From: Macrostomum lignano
Taxonomy: Eukaryota
Assembly (NCBI GenBank): GCA_002269645.1
Contig: NIVC01001544.1
Coordinates: 1-59,758 of the forward strand
Direction of reading: 5' to 3'
DNA: 59,758 nucleotides
This document shows positions 22,429 through 33,667 of this stretch, piece after piece. How positions within the stretch are numbered: position 1 is the stretch's first letter; each line of letters opens with the position of its first letter. A program made the position numbers and the translations under genes. The notes beneath the pieces were generated by a model. The model searched no databases and was not told where the DNA came from. It was given only the letters and a program-made list of their open reading frames with translations.

Positions 22429-25400
22429 ATGCTGTCTGTCTCGCAGGATTCCCAAAAGCCGCCGCCGCCTCCGTCCCGGACTTTGCTGTCGTCGCAGGAG
22501 GACCAGCGGGCCGGTGGTGACTCCCCGAACTCCTCCCTGACACCGTCATCGTCCTCGAGCTCGCTCTCATCGGACAGCGGCAGCAGCAGCGTGGTGTCCT
22601 CAAACTCCCCGATTGTCGGGAACCAGCCATCCGTCAATGTCGAAAACGATGCCAGCAGCGGTAGCAGCAGCGACGTAGACGACGATGTTGACGGTGCCGC
22701 CGGAGCGTCGACAACGGCCACCACGATGATCGACCCGTCTGCCGACTCCGTCGGGATCTCCCCGGGCACCGACGATTCGGCGATTCTCTCCGACGAAGGC
22801 GACACCGGACTGGACGCGGATCTCGACGTCGACTTCTTCGGCCTCGGCGATGACGTCACCGCCTGTCTCAGCCTGCTGACGTCGACAGCCGAAGTGCCCG
22901 AAGCGGAGGCCAGCTTCCTGGCCGACTTCCTCACCCGGCCGCCGCTGCCGACCATCTGCGGCCTCGGCGCCGTCATTCAGCGGCTGCGGCGGCACGGCCC
23001 GCCGGCCAGTCCATTCCAGGAGAATCCGGGCGCCGCTGAAGACCTTCAAGACCCGATGCCGCCGGTAATTGAAGACGTTTGTCGCATCGGCTCTCCGGAC
23101 TCCGAGGCTCTGCTCCAACTGCTGCTTAGCCCTCACCTGGCGGCGCTCTGGGACTGCCTGCTGCGCGTCGCTCACCCGCCCGCTGACGAAACTTCGATCG
23201 ACCTCGACGATTTTCTGGAAATCGAGATCTCGACGGCCGTCGGCGACGCGCCGGACGCCGCCAACGACCCTGCCACCGTTCCGCTGCGCAGGCCGCAGCC
23301 GCCGCCTCAAAGGCCGCCGCCGCCGCCTCAGAGGCCGCCGCCGCCTGCCGCTTTTCGGCGGAGCGTCATCGGCGGGGGCGGCGGAGCGCACGCGGCATCG
23401 GCGGCGGAGCGCACCGCGCCGGAGCTTTTTTCCCGCGACGTCACCCTGCTGAAGGCGGCTGACCAGCCACTCGGCTTCACCGCTGTCCGCTGCATCTGCC
23501 CGACGTCCCCGAAGCCTGCCGTGGCGGTGGCGGCGGCATCGGGGACGACGGCACGGCGTCCTCATCGTCGCTGTCCGCCTCGCCGCGACAGGCGATCGCC
23601 GTCGCCCGCGTGCTGGCCGGCAGTCAGGCCGACGTCGCCGGAGGTCTCCACGTCGGCGACATCATTCGCGAGGCTAACGGCCAGCCAATGGAGACGCCCG
23701 AGGCGCTGCAGCGGCTGCTCAGGCAGACTGTCGGCCGGATCACCCTGCGCATCGAGTCGGAGACGCCGCCGGAGTCGCCGCTGTCGCCTCCGCCGCCGCC
23801 GATGCCGGAACCGCGGCTGCTGCGCGCCTGCTTCGACTACCAGCCTGAGCGGGACCCCCTGCTGCCCAGCCCCGAGCTGGGCCTGCGCTTCCGGCATGGC
23901 GACGTCCTGGAGGTTGTCGACCAGAGCGACGAGGCCTTCTGGCAGGCCCGTCCGGCTGGTCGTCCGCGAGAACCGGCGCGCCTCATACCGTCGCAGACGC
24001 TCGAGGAGCGAAGGAAGGCCTTTTTCCCGGCGAGCAGGATCGTGCCCGGGCCCGCCGACAGGCGTGAGTGCAGGATGGGGTGGCTGATGGGGGATGTCGG
24101 GATCCTTGGATGCACTGCGATTTATGGAGAGAATGTGGGATCTATCTAATGGGAATCTATGGGGAGTTTATGGAATGTGTTAAAGAGTACAAAGGGGTTG
24201 CAGTCTAGTGGTTAGAGCGTAGGACTCACCGACTGAAAGGTCGGGGGTTCGATTCTCGACCCACTCGAAAAATTTGTGACCTTGAGCGAGACACCTAACT
24301 CTGCATTGCTTCAGTTCACCCAGCTGTAAAATGGGTACCAGCATTAGCTGGGGTAGTTGAGGGTGTGTGGAGTTATTCAGTTATTTAAATATAGGAGTTT
24401 ATTGACTCTAAGGAGGGGTTTATTGAATCTAAGAAGGAATTTATTGAATATGAAAGGAGTTTATTGAATCTAAGAAGGAATTTATTGAATATGGAAGGAG
24501 TTTATTGAATCTAAGGTGTTTATTGAATCTAAGAGGGAGTTTATTGAATCTAAGATGGAGTTTATTGTATCTAAGAAGGAGTTTATTGAATCTAAGATGG
24601 AGTTTATTGAATCTAAGATGGAGTTTATTGAATCTAAGAGGGAGTTTATTGAATCTAAGATGGAGTTTATTGTATCTAAGAAGGAGTTTATTGAATCTAA
24701 GATGGGGTTTATTGAATCTAAGATGGAGTTTATTGAATCTAAGAGGGAGTTTATTGAATCTAAGAGGGAGTTTATTGAATCTAAGAGGGAGTTTATTGAA
24801 TCTAAGAGGGAGTTTATTGAATCTAAGGAGTTTATTGAATCTTAGAAGGAGTTTATTGAATATGGAAGGAGTTTATTGAATTTAAGGAGTTTATTGAATC
24901 TTAAAAGGAGTTTATGGCTCTCCATCTCCGTCTCTGTCGCCCCGCAGTGAAGCAGCTGTACACCAAGCTGCACCATCAGAAGCCGGTGATGTACAGAGCC
25001 CAATCAGCTGCCGATTTTGATCGCGCCGAGCTGGCGCTTTACGAGGACGTCGCCAGGCTGGCACCGAGCCCCGTCTCCCTGCTGGTGCTCACTGGGCCCG
25101 GCTGCGCGGTGGGCAGAGACCTGCTGCGCAGGTGGCTCTGCAGGCAGTATCCTTTGAAGTTTGCCGCCCCAAGGCTCATATCCAGCGATCCGGAGCGATG
25201 CGGAGACGCCGGCGGCGACCTCGAGTTCATGCCGAGGCAGGAGATGCTGGCAGCCATTGCCGCTGGAGACTTTGTGGAGTTCCGGAGACTGGGCAACGAT
25301 GTTGCTAGCGACGGGTGAGCAGGGACTCAAATCTCAGTGTCTTGGGTCTAACACCGGTGATTCTGAGGTGCCTAACACCGGTGATTCTGTGGTTTCTAAC

Positions 25401-26111
25401 ACCGGTGATTCTGTGGTTTCTAACACCGGTGATTCTGAGGTTCCTAACACCGGTGATTCTGTGGTTTCTAACACCGGTGATTCTGTGGTGTCTACAATCG
25501 GTGATTTTGAGGTGTCTAACACCGGTGATTCTGTGTTGTCTACAATCGGTGATTCTGTGGTGTCTAACACCGGTGATTCTGTGTGATGCCTAACACAGGT
25601 GCTCTCTAACACAGGTGCTATCTAACACCGGTGCTGTCTAACACAGGGAACTGTTAGATATACATAAACTCCTCCCTCCTTCCCGAGCAGCGGAGACCTG
25701 ATCGGCCTCAGCCTGGAGTCGGTCCGCGGCTCAGTCTCCACCGGCGCTTCATCCGGCCTCACCGTTGTCCTCGACTGCCACCCGTCGGCCGTGCGCCGCC
25801 TCCGCCTGGCGGAGTTGCGTCCGCTTGTGCTGTTCCTGGCCACCCCGGACGTGGCTGCCCAGCGCGAGCTGTTGGCCGAGGCGCGATCCCTGGGCCTGGT
25901 GCCGGAGTCTGAGGAGCCCGGCTCCGAGCAGCAGCTGCAGGATGCTGTGAGACAGAGCGTCAAACTGGAGAAGTTGTACAGGCCGCTGTTCGATTCAGCA
26001 ATCCTGTGCGACGGTTTGAGCAGCACTCAGACCGAGGTGCTCAACGCTGTTGCCACGGCCGAAGCGGAGGGCCGATGGGTGCCCGCGGGCTGGGTGGAAC
26101 CCGAGATGTGA
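22429..26111 (+). CDS. MAGUK p55/MPP-family scaffold (L27-PDZ-SH3-GuK), about 807 aa. Exons 22429-24063, 24948-25314, 25691-26111
   Basis: L27-like EALLQLLLSPHLAAL; PDZ QPLGF...VARVLAGSQADVAGGLHVGDIIREANG; SH3 RACFDYQPERDPLLPSPELGLRFRHGDVLEVVDQSDEAFWQA; GuK LVLTGPGCAVGR...VVLDCHPSAVRRL. One missing base near the GGGG run at about 23541 joins frames 1 and 3. Splice phases 1 and 2 are consistent. The paralogue (MPP5/MPP7 etc.) cannot be assigned. Confidence 0.85.
24194..24353 (+). mobile_element. tRNA-derived SINE with CORE-like central domain
   Basis: Pol III A box (TAGTGGTTAGAGC) and B box (GGTTCGATTC), followed by TGTGACCTTGAGCGAGACACCTAACTC...CTTCAGTT...CTGTAAAATGGG, which resembles the recalled MIR/CORE consensus. 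A second copy lies at 14479. Confidence 0.8.
24398..24914 (+). repeat. 21-bp minisatellite (GAGTTTATTGAATCTAAGAGG)n in MAGUK intron 1
   Basis: Directly visible. It ends about 33 nt before the acceptor at 24947. Confidence 0.95.
25347..25645 (+). repeat. 24-bp minisatellite (CTAACACCGGTGATTCTGTGGTTT)n in MAGUK intron 2
   Basis: Directly visible between donor 25315 and acceptor 25690. Confidence 0.93.
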
Positions 26112-26237
26112 TCTGGCAGCAGGTTTTGCTAACCTGGCTGTTTTTAGCGACAGCTTTAATTTTGCACCTGCATGTGCAACAAACTGGTCTAATTACTGCC
26201 ATCTTCCACCTGCAAGTCGCATTAAATTTAGCAGTGG

Positions 26238-26436
26238 ATGCTCCCATTGCGGCGCCCCTTTGATGCTCCATTGCGGCGCCCTTTGATGCTCCCATTGCGG
26301 CGCCCCTTTGATGCTCCATTGCGGCGCCCCTTTGATGCTCCCATTGTGGTGCCATTTGATGCTCCCATTGTGGCGCCCTTTGATGCTCCCATTGTGGCGC
26401 CCTTTGATGCTCCCATTGTGGCGCCCTTTGATGCCC
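26238..26436 (+). repeat. 24-25-bp minisatellite (GATGCTCCCATTGYGGCGCCCTTT)n, about 8 units, just 3' of the MAGUK stop
   Basis: Directly visible. Confidence 0.9.
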
Positions 26437-27610
26437 CGTTCCTGTGCGCTTCATCAGTTAAATATCCGGATGTATTAACTGTGAATATAATTGATTTTGG
26501 TTATTGATTTACCTGAAATCTTTTTTTCGGCGAAATTTATTAGCTAAACAAATTTTTTTGGTCATCATTGTTTTTATCACTATATATTGGCACGGTTTGT
26601 GCTCGTACACTTAATGACGTTCATTGATTATTTTGGTAACCTTTGCAGCTTATAATTTATCCATTTCATTTGGTTGGTGGCCTCATTTCAGTGCGAAATT
26701 AAAATTTCATTATCATTTCATTACATACACACATCAAAAGCGCTCCAATTTTTTTGGGGTTCAAAATCACGACCATTCATTTAAATTCAAATTGGCGCCA
26801 ATTTAATTCTGAAAAAAATCACGAAAATTTCATTCAAAAATTTAAATTGGCGCAAATTTTGCTCCGGGAATTAAAATTAGGACTTTTCATGTCGTTTTAA
26901 GTCAAAACGGTGCCAATTATATTTCAAAACTCTAAAAAGCATATTTTTCATTCCAGATTCTAAAAGTTCGGCTATCGTGACAATCCCAACCTTGGTTGAA
27001 AAGTTGATAAAATTCAAAAAATTCCTCTAAATACTCGTAGCTTTTAAGCAACTGTACTAATAATTAGTACTGACGACATAAAATTTCATATTTCAAAGCA
27101 ATCAACACTGTTGTTAGGAACCGTTTATCACGTGTAAAAATTCTATTTCAATATCATTTGTTTATGCAATAATTTGTTAAAGCCTTTTTTAAATGCGCAC
27201 TTTGTTTTTGCATCAGTACAAGTTTGTACTTAATTATTTACTAATTGATTCAACCTCATTAGACCCTCCAGACGGAATATTAAATATTTAGTGTTTACCT
27301 CGTAAAACTCCCGTTTATCATGACTACATTATAAAATAAACACTTTGCAGGCAAACACATTCCGTATGATATGTTGTGCTGCATTATTGCCGTTTTAAAT
27401 GACTAAAGAAACAGAAACAGTTAATTAACTTCTTCAATATGCTGAATTTTCTGTCTATGCGAGGACGACTTTAGTAGACAATCGAAAAAGTTCGTTTCGT
27501 TGAAAACAATTTAAGAGCTGTTTTTTGTAAAGCTTTATTTGTACCAATTAGAGATTTATAAAACTTGTATATATTTTCATGCATCTGTCAAAAGTCGCAA
27601 AATCTGCTAG

Positions 27611-28160
27611 CTGTCTATGGGCCAAGCCCTCAGCACAGCTGCTCAATGAGCTTTGCAAACTGTCTATGGGCCAAGCCCCCCTCCCTAATTTCGCTCATTG
27701 AGCTTTGCAAACTGTCTATGGGCCAAAGCCCCCCTCCCTAATTTCGCTCAATGAGCTTTGCAAACTGTCTATGGGCCAAAGCCCCCCTCCCTAATTTCGC
27801 TCAATGAGCTTTGCAAACTGTCTATGGGCCAAGCCCCCTCTCCCTAATTTCGCTCAATGAGCTTTGCAAACTGTCTATGGGCCAAAGCCCCCTCCCTAAC
27901 TTCGCTCAATGAGCTTTGCAAACTGTCTATGGGCCAAAGCCCCCTCCCTAACTTCGCTCAATGAGCTTTGCAAACTGTCTATGGGCCAAAGCCCCCTCCC
28001 TAACTTCGCTCAATGGTCTTTGCAAACTGTCTATTGGGCCAAGCCCCCTCCCTAATTCCGCTCAATGGGCTTTGCAAACTGTCTATGGGCCAAGCCTTCC
28101 TCTCTAATTTCGCTCAATGAGCTTTGCAAACTGAGCTTTGCCCTGAGCACAGCTGCTCAA
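27611..28160 (+). repeat. About 53-bp tandem repeat (GCTCAATGAGCTTTGCAAACTGTCTATGGGCCAAAGCCCCCTCCCTAAYTTC), about 10 units, intergenic
   Basis: Near-identical adjacent units without unique spacers. CAGCACAGCTGCTCAAT recurs at both ends. Confidence 0.92.
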
Positions 28161-29102
28161 TAAGACACCCTCCGGTACCCAAGTGCAAATGAATGAAAAA
28201 TTTTTTCGAATTAATCGCAACAATGCTTTGATTATTCTGCTGCTACAAATCCAACAAAACAAGAATTGAAAGCAGATAAGAATGTTTTTTCAAGTGTAAT
28301 TTATTAACAAACTAATTTAGGAATGGAAATAAAATGGAGATGGAACGCATTTCTTTGCAATTGTTTTATTAAGAAAGCCAAGTCCAAACAATAATTTAAG
28401 TAACAAAAATGTTAATGTTACTACTGACAAAAGCGCAAAGTCAGTAGTGCAGCAAGTATATGGCAAAGCGTTATTTTTAAACTACTATATATAACTGAAT
28501 GTTTGCATGGACAATTGAAGACAGCAGATCACGGAGATTCTGCTTAGAACTTGAAACAAAGACCTAAGCTAACTGAGGCTCGCTTACTCATAATTCAGCA
28601 ACTCTGCAAAAAGCTGATTAAAAACACAAATGAAAACGCAAACGAGTGAATTAAAAAAGATACTTCACACCATCCTATATCTGTATGCTAGCAATATGTG
28701 ACATACTCTGCAGTATTGTTTAAGAATATGATTTTTAATGGTCTCTCTGAAATAATAACACTACAGCAAGGCTTGATTAGCAACGCCCTTAGCAACGGCC
28801 AAAGGCCATCCCTTAATCTCTTCTCCTGCATCTCCACAGTCTCCCCAATCTCTCTCCCTTCATCTAACCTACCTCTCTCCTTTCATTTCCCCAATTTCAC
28901 TGCCTTAATCTCCCTCAATCTATCTTCCTTCATCTAACCTATCTCTCTCATTTCATCTCCTTAATCTCACTCCCTTCATCTAACCTATCTCTCCCTTCAT
29001 CTCCCCTATCTCTTTCCCTACATTTCATTGCTAATCAAAGACTAATTTCAATCTTCACCACAGTTCCTATTAATAAGCAGAACTTCTACAGCAGAGGAGC
29101 CA

Positions 29103-32100
29103 CTATTTCAGGTACAGCAGGAAATGCTCCGGCTGTTCCAGCATCTGCTTCCACCGGTTGCTGAACCTGGCCACTGTGGCGCCGTCGATGACGCGGTGAT
29201 CGGCTGACCAGGACACGCACATTATCTGGGCGGCGGTGACCGAGCCGTTGGAATCGAAGCGAGGCAACGGGCGGGCTCGGCCTACGGCGCCAATGCACAC
29301 CTGGGCGAGAGTAGATAAGCGTTTGCGAGATTCTGTGAGTTTATCAATAGTTATTGTAATTGAGTACAACGGGTAAAGCCTATTTTAGACACTTTGTAAA
29401 GTATCTTTTCGATCCATATCGGATATAGCGGACAAAGCCTGTTTTAGACACACTGTAAAAGTATCCTTTCGATACATATCGGGTAAAGAATTATTTATTT
29501 ACGAATCAGGCGGTTAGAGTAACGTATACTACATATCGGATAAATTATTGTGCTAACACATTGAAAAAGTGTTTTTTCGATACATATCGGATAAAAGATT
29601 TTGGTTACGCTTCTCAGTGAAACTGTATACCAATCTTAGTACAGATACTCAAAGAAAAAGCGACATATTGTTGCATCCGATATGTATCGAAAAGACACTT
29701 GAATCGGCATGAAATTTTAAATTACAATCTTGGCTTACCTGCGGCGGTTGAATCACGGGCTTAGTGTAGGTGCCGCCGATGTTGCCAATGTTTGACAGCG
29801 CGATGGTGCCGCCAGTGAGCTGGGCGGGCGTCAGCTTGCCGGACCGACCGGCGTCTACGAGGCCGCGAAGGACGTCAGAAATTTCCAGCACGCTGAGCTG
29901 GTCAACGGAGTGTACGCAGGGCACCAGGAGGCCTGACGGAGAGTCCACAGCCACCCCGATGTTGTGGCTCGCCTAGCAATTGATGGAGGTTTGGGAGATG
30001 CGAATGGAGATGCCAGCTTCCCTGCGATCAGAAATGGGTAATCAGCGAGTTTTTGTGATCTAGGGACCGATTTATGTGATCTAGAGGCCGACTTCTGTGA
30101 TCTAGAGACTTACTTTAATCTCATTGGCAATCCTCTCACCTTAATAAGCAGATGATCCTCTTCAATCAGGTGAGCATTGAGCACCGGCTGCTCTCTAAGA
30201 GCCAGCGACATCGCCTTTAAAAAGAACGGCATAAACGTCAGGCCGCCGCCTCCGGCCACTTCCAACGACTGGTTCAGCCGCTTGCGCCACTGGAACAGCC
30301 GGGTGAGGTCAACTTCATCGCTATAAGTGAAGTGGGGAATCTGTGCCGCCTGGGTCATGCTCTGGAACATGGCCCGTTGCACTCCCCGGATTGGCGCCTT
30401 GCGGTCCTCCGCAGCAACCGCCGGGATGGCGGCGGCGGCGGCGGCGGCGGCTGCTGCGGGTGTGGATGTGGCCGCCGCGGGCGAGGCTGGTGCAGACACT
30501 GGCGCGCGAGGCAGAGTCGCTGGCGCCGCTGTCGAAGCCGACGCCGAAGCTGCGGTGGGCTGGCCCGCAATGTAGGCCAGAATGTCCTCTTTGAGCACGC
30601 GACCGTCCCGCCCGGTGCCTGCAACGCTGCTCAGGTCGATCCGGTGCTCGGAGGCCAGACGGCGAACGGCCGGGGTGGCCAGGGCGCGGCCGCTGCCACC
30701 GCCGACTCTTCCGCCGGAAGCGGCAGTCGCCGCAGGCCTGGCAGTGGAGCTGGAAGCTCGGGCCTCTTCAGCATCTTCAGAGCCGTCTTCGCTGTCGCTG
30801 TTCTCGGATTCGGCCTCTTCAACTTCGATGTCTACCAGAGGCTGGCCGACGTGCCCAGTGTCGTCCACGTCGTAGTACAGCTTCTTGATGATGCCGTCGT
30901 ACCTGAGGGTGTTTGGGTTTTGGAATAAAGAGTAAGGACGATGAGGGCCGCGGCCCAGCAACTGAGGATCTGGGAAGCTGGGCCAGCAACTGAGGATCTG
31001 AGAGGGTGTTGGACCAGCAACTGAGAATCTGGGAGGGTGTTGGACCAGCAACTGAGAATCTGGGAGGCTGTTGGACCAGCAACTGAGGATCTGGGAGGCT
31101 GTTGGCCCAGCAACTGAGAATCTGGGAGGCTGTTGGACCAGCAACTGAGGATCTGGGAGGCTGTTGGCCCAGCAACTCAGGATTTAGGAGGCTGTTGGCC
31201 CAGCAACTGAGGATCTAGGAGGCTGTTGGACCAGCAACTGAGGATCTAGGAGGCTGTTGGACCAGCAACTGAGGATCTAGGAGGCTGTTGGACCAGCAAC
31301 TGAGGATCTGGGAGGCTTTTGGCCCAGCAACTGAGGATCTGGGAGGGTGTTGGACCAGCAACTGAGGATCTGGGAGGCTGTTGGCCCAGCAACTGAGGAT
31401 CTAGGAGGCTGTTGGCCCAGCAACTGAGGATCTGGGAGGCTGTTGGACCAGCAACTGAGGATCTGGGAGGCTGTTGGCCCAGCAACTGAGGAGGGTGGTA
31501 ACTCATTGTCAGGGATCACAGCAGCAGTCTGGGCACACAGACCTGGAAGTGATGGTGACGGCAGCTTTGTCGCTCTGCACCTCGCAGATGCTGTCAAACT
31601 GGGCCACCTGATCCCCAGGCTTCACAAACCACTCCTTAATGGTGACCTGGCGAATACCTTCGCCAATGTCTGATAGGCGGAACTGGACCAGCTGCTTCCA
31701 CAGGGCTGAGGAGGTGTGCAGCTGACTGGCACAAACCAAAGGCTGTTAAAGGGTTTTTTTAAAATATCATTTTCGATAAGAGCAAAAAGTTAAATGAATG
31801 TTTTCACTTTCAATGCAATGTCAGCTTTTAATTCCTTGGGATTTGAGACTTAACCAATAAAGGTTTAATTTCATGAGTACATTCTATTGTTAGGGTAGTG
31901 GGGGCTTCAGTTAAGAATCAATGACTATTTTCACCTTAGTGCAAAGGTCCTAGGGAAGCTCTTAAGTGCCTGGGGTCAAGGACTCTTAAGCAATGTATTT
32001 TCCATGCTATATGCATATTAAGGTAAGATATAATGGGGGCTAAAGTTAAGGTAAATGCAATACTAGCCATTCTTGTATGATATAAGAATTTTCTTCTAAT

Positions 32101-33194
32101 AATTGATATCTCAAAATCTATTTTATGTTTCTCAATATTTAGGTAGTTTAGTTGAGTCAAATAATTAATATTAATAAGATTAAGTAGGCATAGCTTTTTG
32201 ATAATGAATTGTATATAAATATCTTTCCAAAGCCTAGCTGTATGCAATAAAGTTTGCTTTAAAGGTAGGCCTACTTTGATATAAAATTTAGCCTAAATAC
32301 AAGGGGTGTCCCAGAACTTCAGAAGTAGTGTCACTTGCTTGCTTCTATAAGCATTAATGTGTGTTAAAAAATCATATGCCTTAAAAGTTAGTGGCTTATT
32401 TTAGCTTTCATGCCACAAAAGTCTGATTTTTATAAGGGCTTCCTGCTATATATAAGCAGCATGCATTTGTTCATATACCCTTAGCTATAGAAATATACAC
32501 TGCTTCTATGTATTTTTGGACAGGTTCTACTGAATAGCCTGCTGCTCAACTTGAAAATATGGGCAGTTTTATTTGCATAAATTAGTTTTGATATTCATCA
32601 TCTCTTTACTGTTTATTATATATTAGTCTTAGTAGTAGTCATGCAGCAATCAGCATTAATTGACACAGTTAATATAAACTTATGGGTGCATGCAAGGGAT
32701 TTTTGCTTGAAGGTAGGAAAATCCTAAATTAATACACCTTTGCCTTTGGTAAAAATCGCCATATTTAAACATTTAAGTCTTTCAGATTTGTTCAAGTCGT
32801 CATCATCATATGAAGATTTTGAATATGACAATTTTGGCTGCACCCACCTAGCCTAGACCTACTTGAGCTCAAATTAGCTACTTAAATTTGTTTGATGTTG
32901 ACTTGCTACTGTCAACTCACAAAATCTAGGCTCATTAGGACTCTAGAGTAGTAGGCCTAGGCATCAATTTTTATGCAGTTGCCAACTTCTTGTTCCATTC
33001 CATAGCTATAGTCATAGGCCTATGCTAGGCCCCTATTTCTGATTATGGCAGAACACTTTAAAAAACTAATATTTTTAAGGAAAATTTCGATTTCAAACGT
33101 AAAAAAGTTATCTACTCACCTTAAGCTTGCAAAAAGATCTTTTAAACCATGCTAAATGAATTGATTTTAGACCTAGAACTTGGCGATTTAACAT
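29103..33194 (-). CDS. DBT: Dihydrolipoamide branched-chain transacylase E2, mitochondrial, 489 aa. Exons 33120-33194, 31543-31742, 30140-30902, 29739-29972, 29103-29300
   Basis: Lipoyl domain [10 protein letters not shown]...[18 protein letters not shown]1/E3-binding ATPAVRRLA...[14 protein letters not shown], catalytic DHRVIDGA. The N-terminus is a basic, acid-free targeting peptide ([25 protein letters not shown]). All introns are GT-AG and in phase (1470 nt, no frameshift). Confidence 0.95.
29370..29700 (+). repeat. Degenerate repeat of about 60 bp (TTTAGACAC..TGTAAA..GTATC.TTTCGATACATATCGG) in the last DBT intron
   Basis: About 4 diverged copies of the CGATACATATCGG core. Confidence 0.6.
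30952..31494 (+). repeat. 31-bp minisatellite (GTTGGACCAGCAACTGAGGATCTGGGAGGCT)n filling DBT intron 2
   Basis: Directly visible, about 17 units between 30903 and 31542. Confidence 0.95.
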
Positions 33195-33667
33195 GCATAA
33201 CATTGTGATTGTTCTTGTTAACACAATTAAAACACCCGAGCGCCGGCACAGTATGAATAATTGAACGAGTCAAAAAATTATAAATTTTTAAGGGATTCAC
33301 TGATGCAGTACTGAAGAGCGCATTAAACAATGCTGAAAATATCAAAAAGTTGAAGTTTCGCTACGATTATAGTTCGATATAAGCGCAAATAAAATTTACA
33401 ATTTTTGTTGCCTGCCTAGCCACTTTAAAAATACGCGCTCATTTAGCTTCTTAGAAATTACCAGTTAAAAAATTAGAAACGCATCCTTTTCACGATAAAA
33501 AACAAGTAGTAGTACTAGTACGTTTGGCTCATGCAAAAAGCTTGTTTAGTCAATATGACTCAGTGTATTTTATAACTATTAGAAAATGTAGGGTACTTTT
33601 AAATAATGAATACTTAGAGTTGTAAAAATATGACATTTGAAAGCGCGCTTGGATTTTTAAAACGGTA

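Noticed and set aside
24194-24270. Possible tRNA gene
   Set aside because: It has A and B boxes but no acceptor stem or proper anticodon arm, and it runs on into a SINE body.
27611-28160. Possible CRISPR-like array or hammerhead ribozyme repeat
   Set aside because: Units are contiguous with no unique spacers and there are no cas genes. ATGAGC...AAAC..GTC lacks the CUGANGA and GAAA core.
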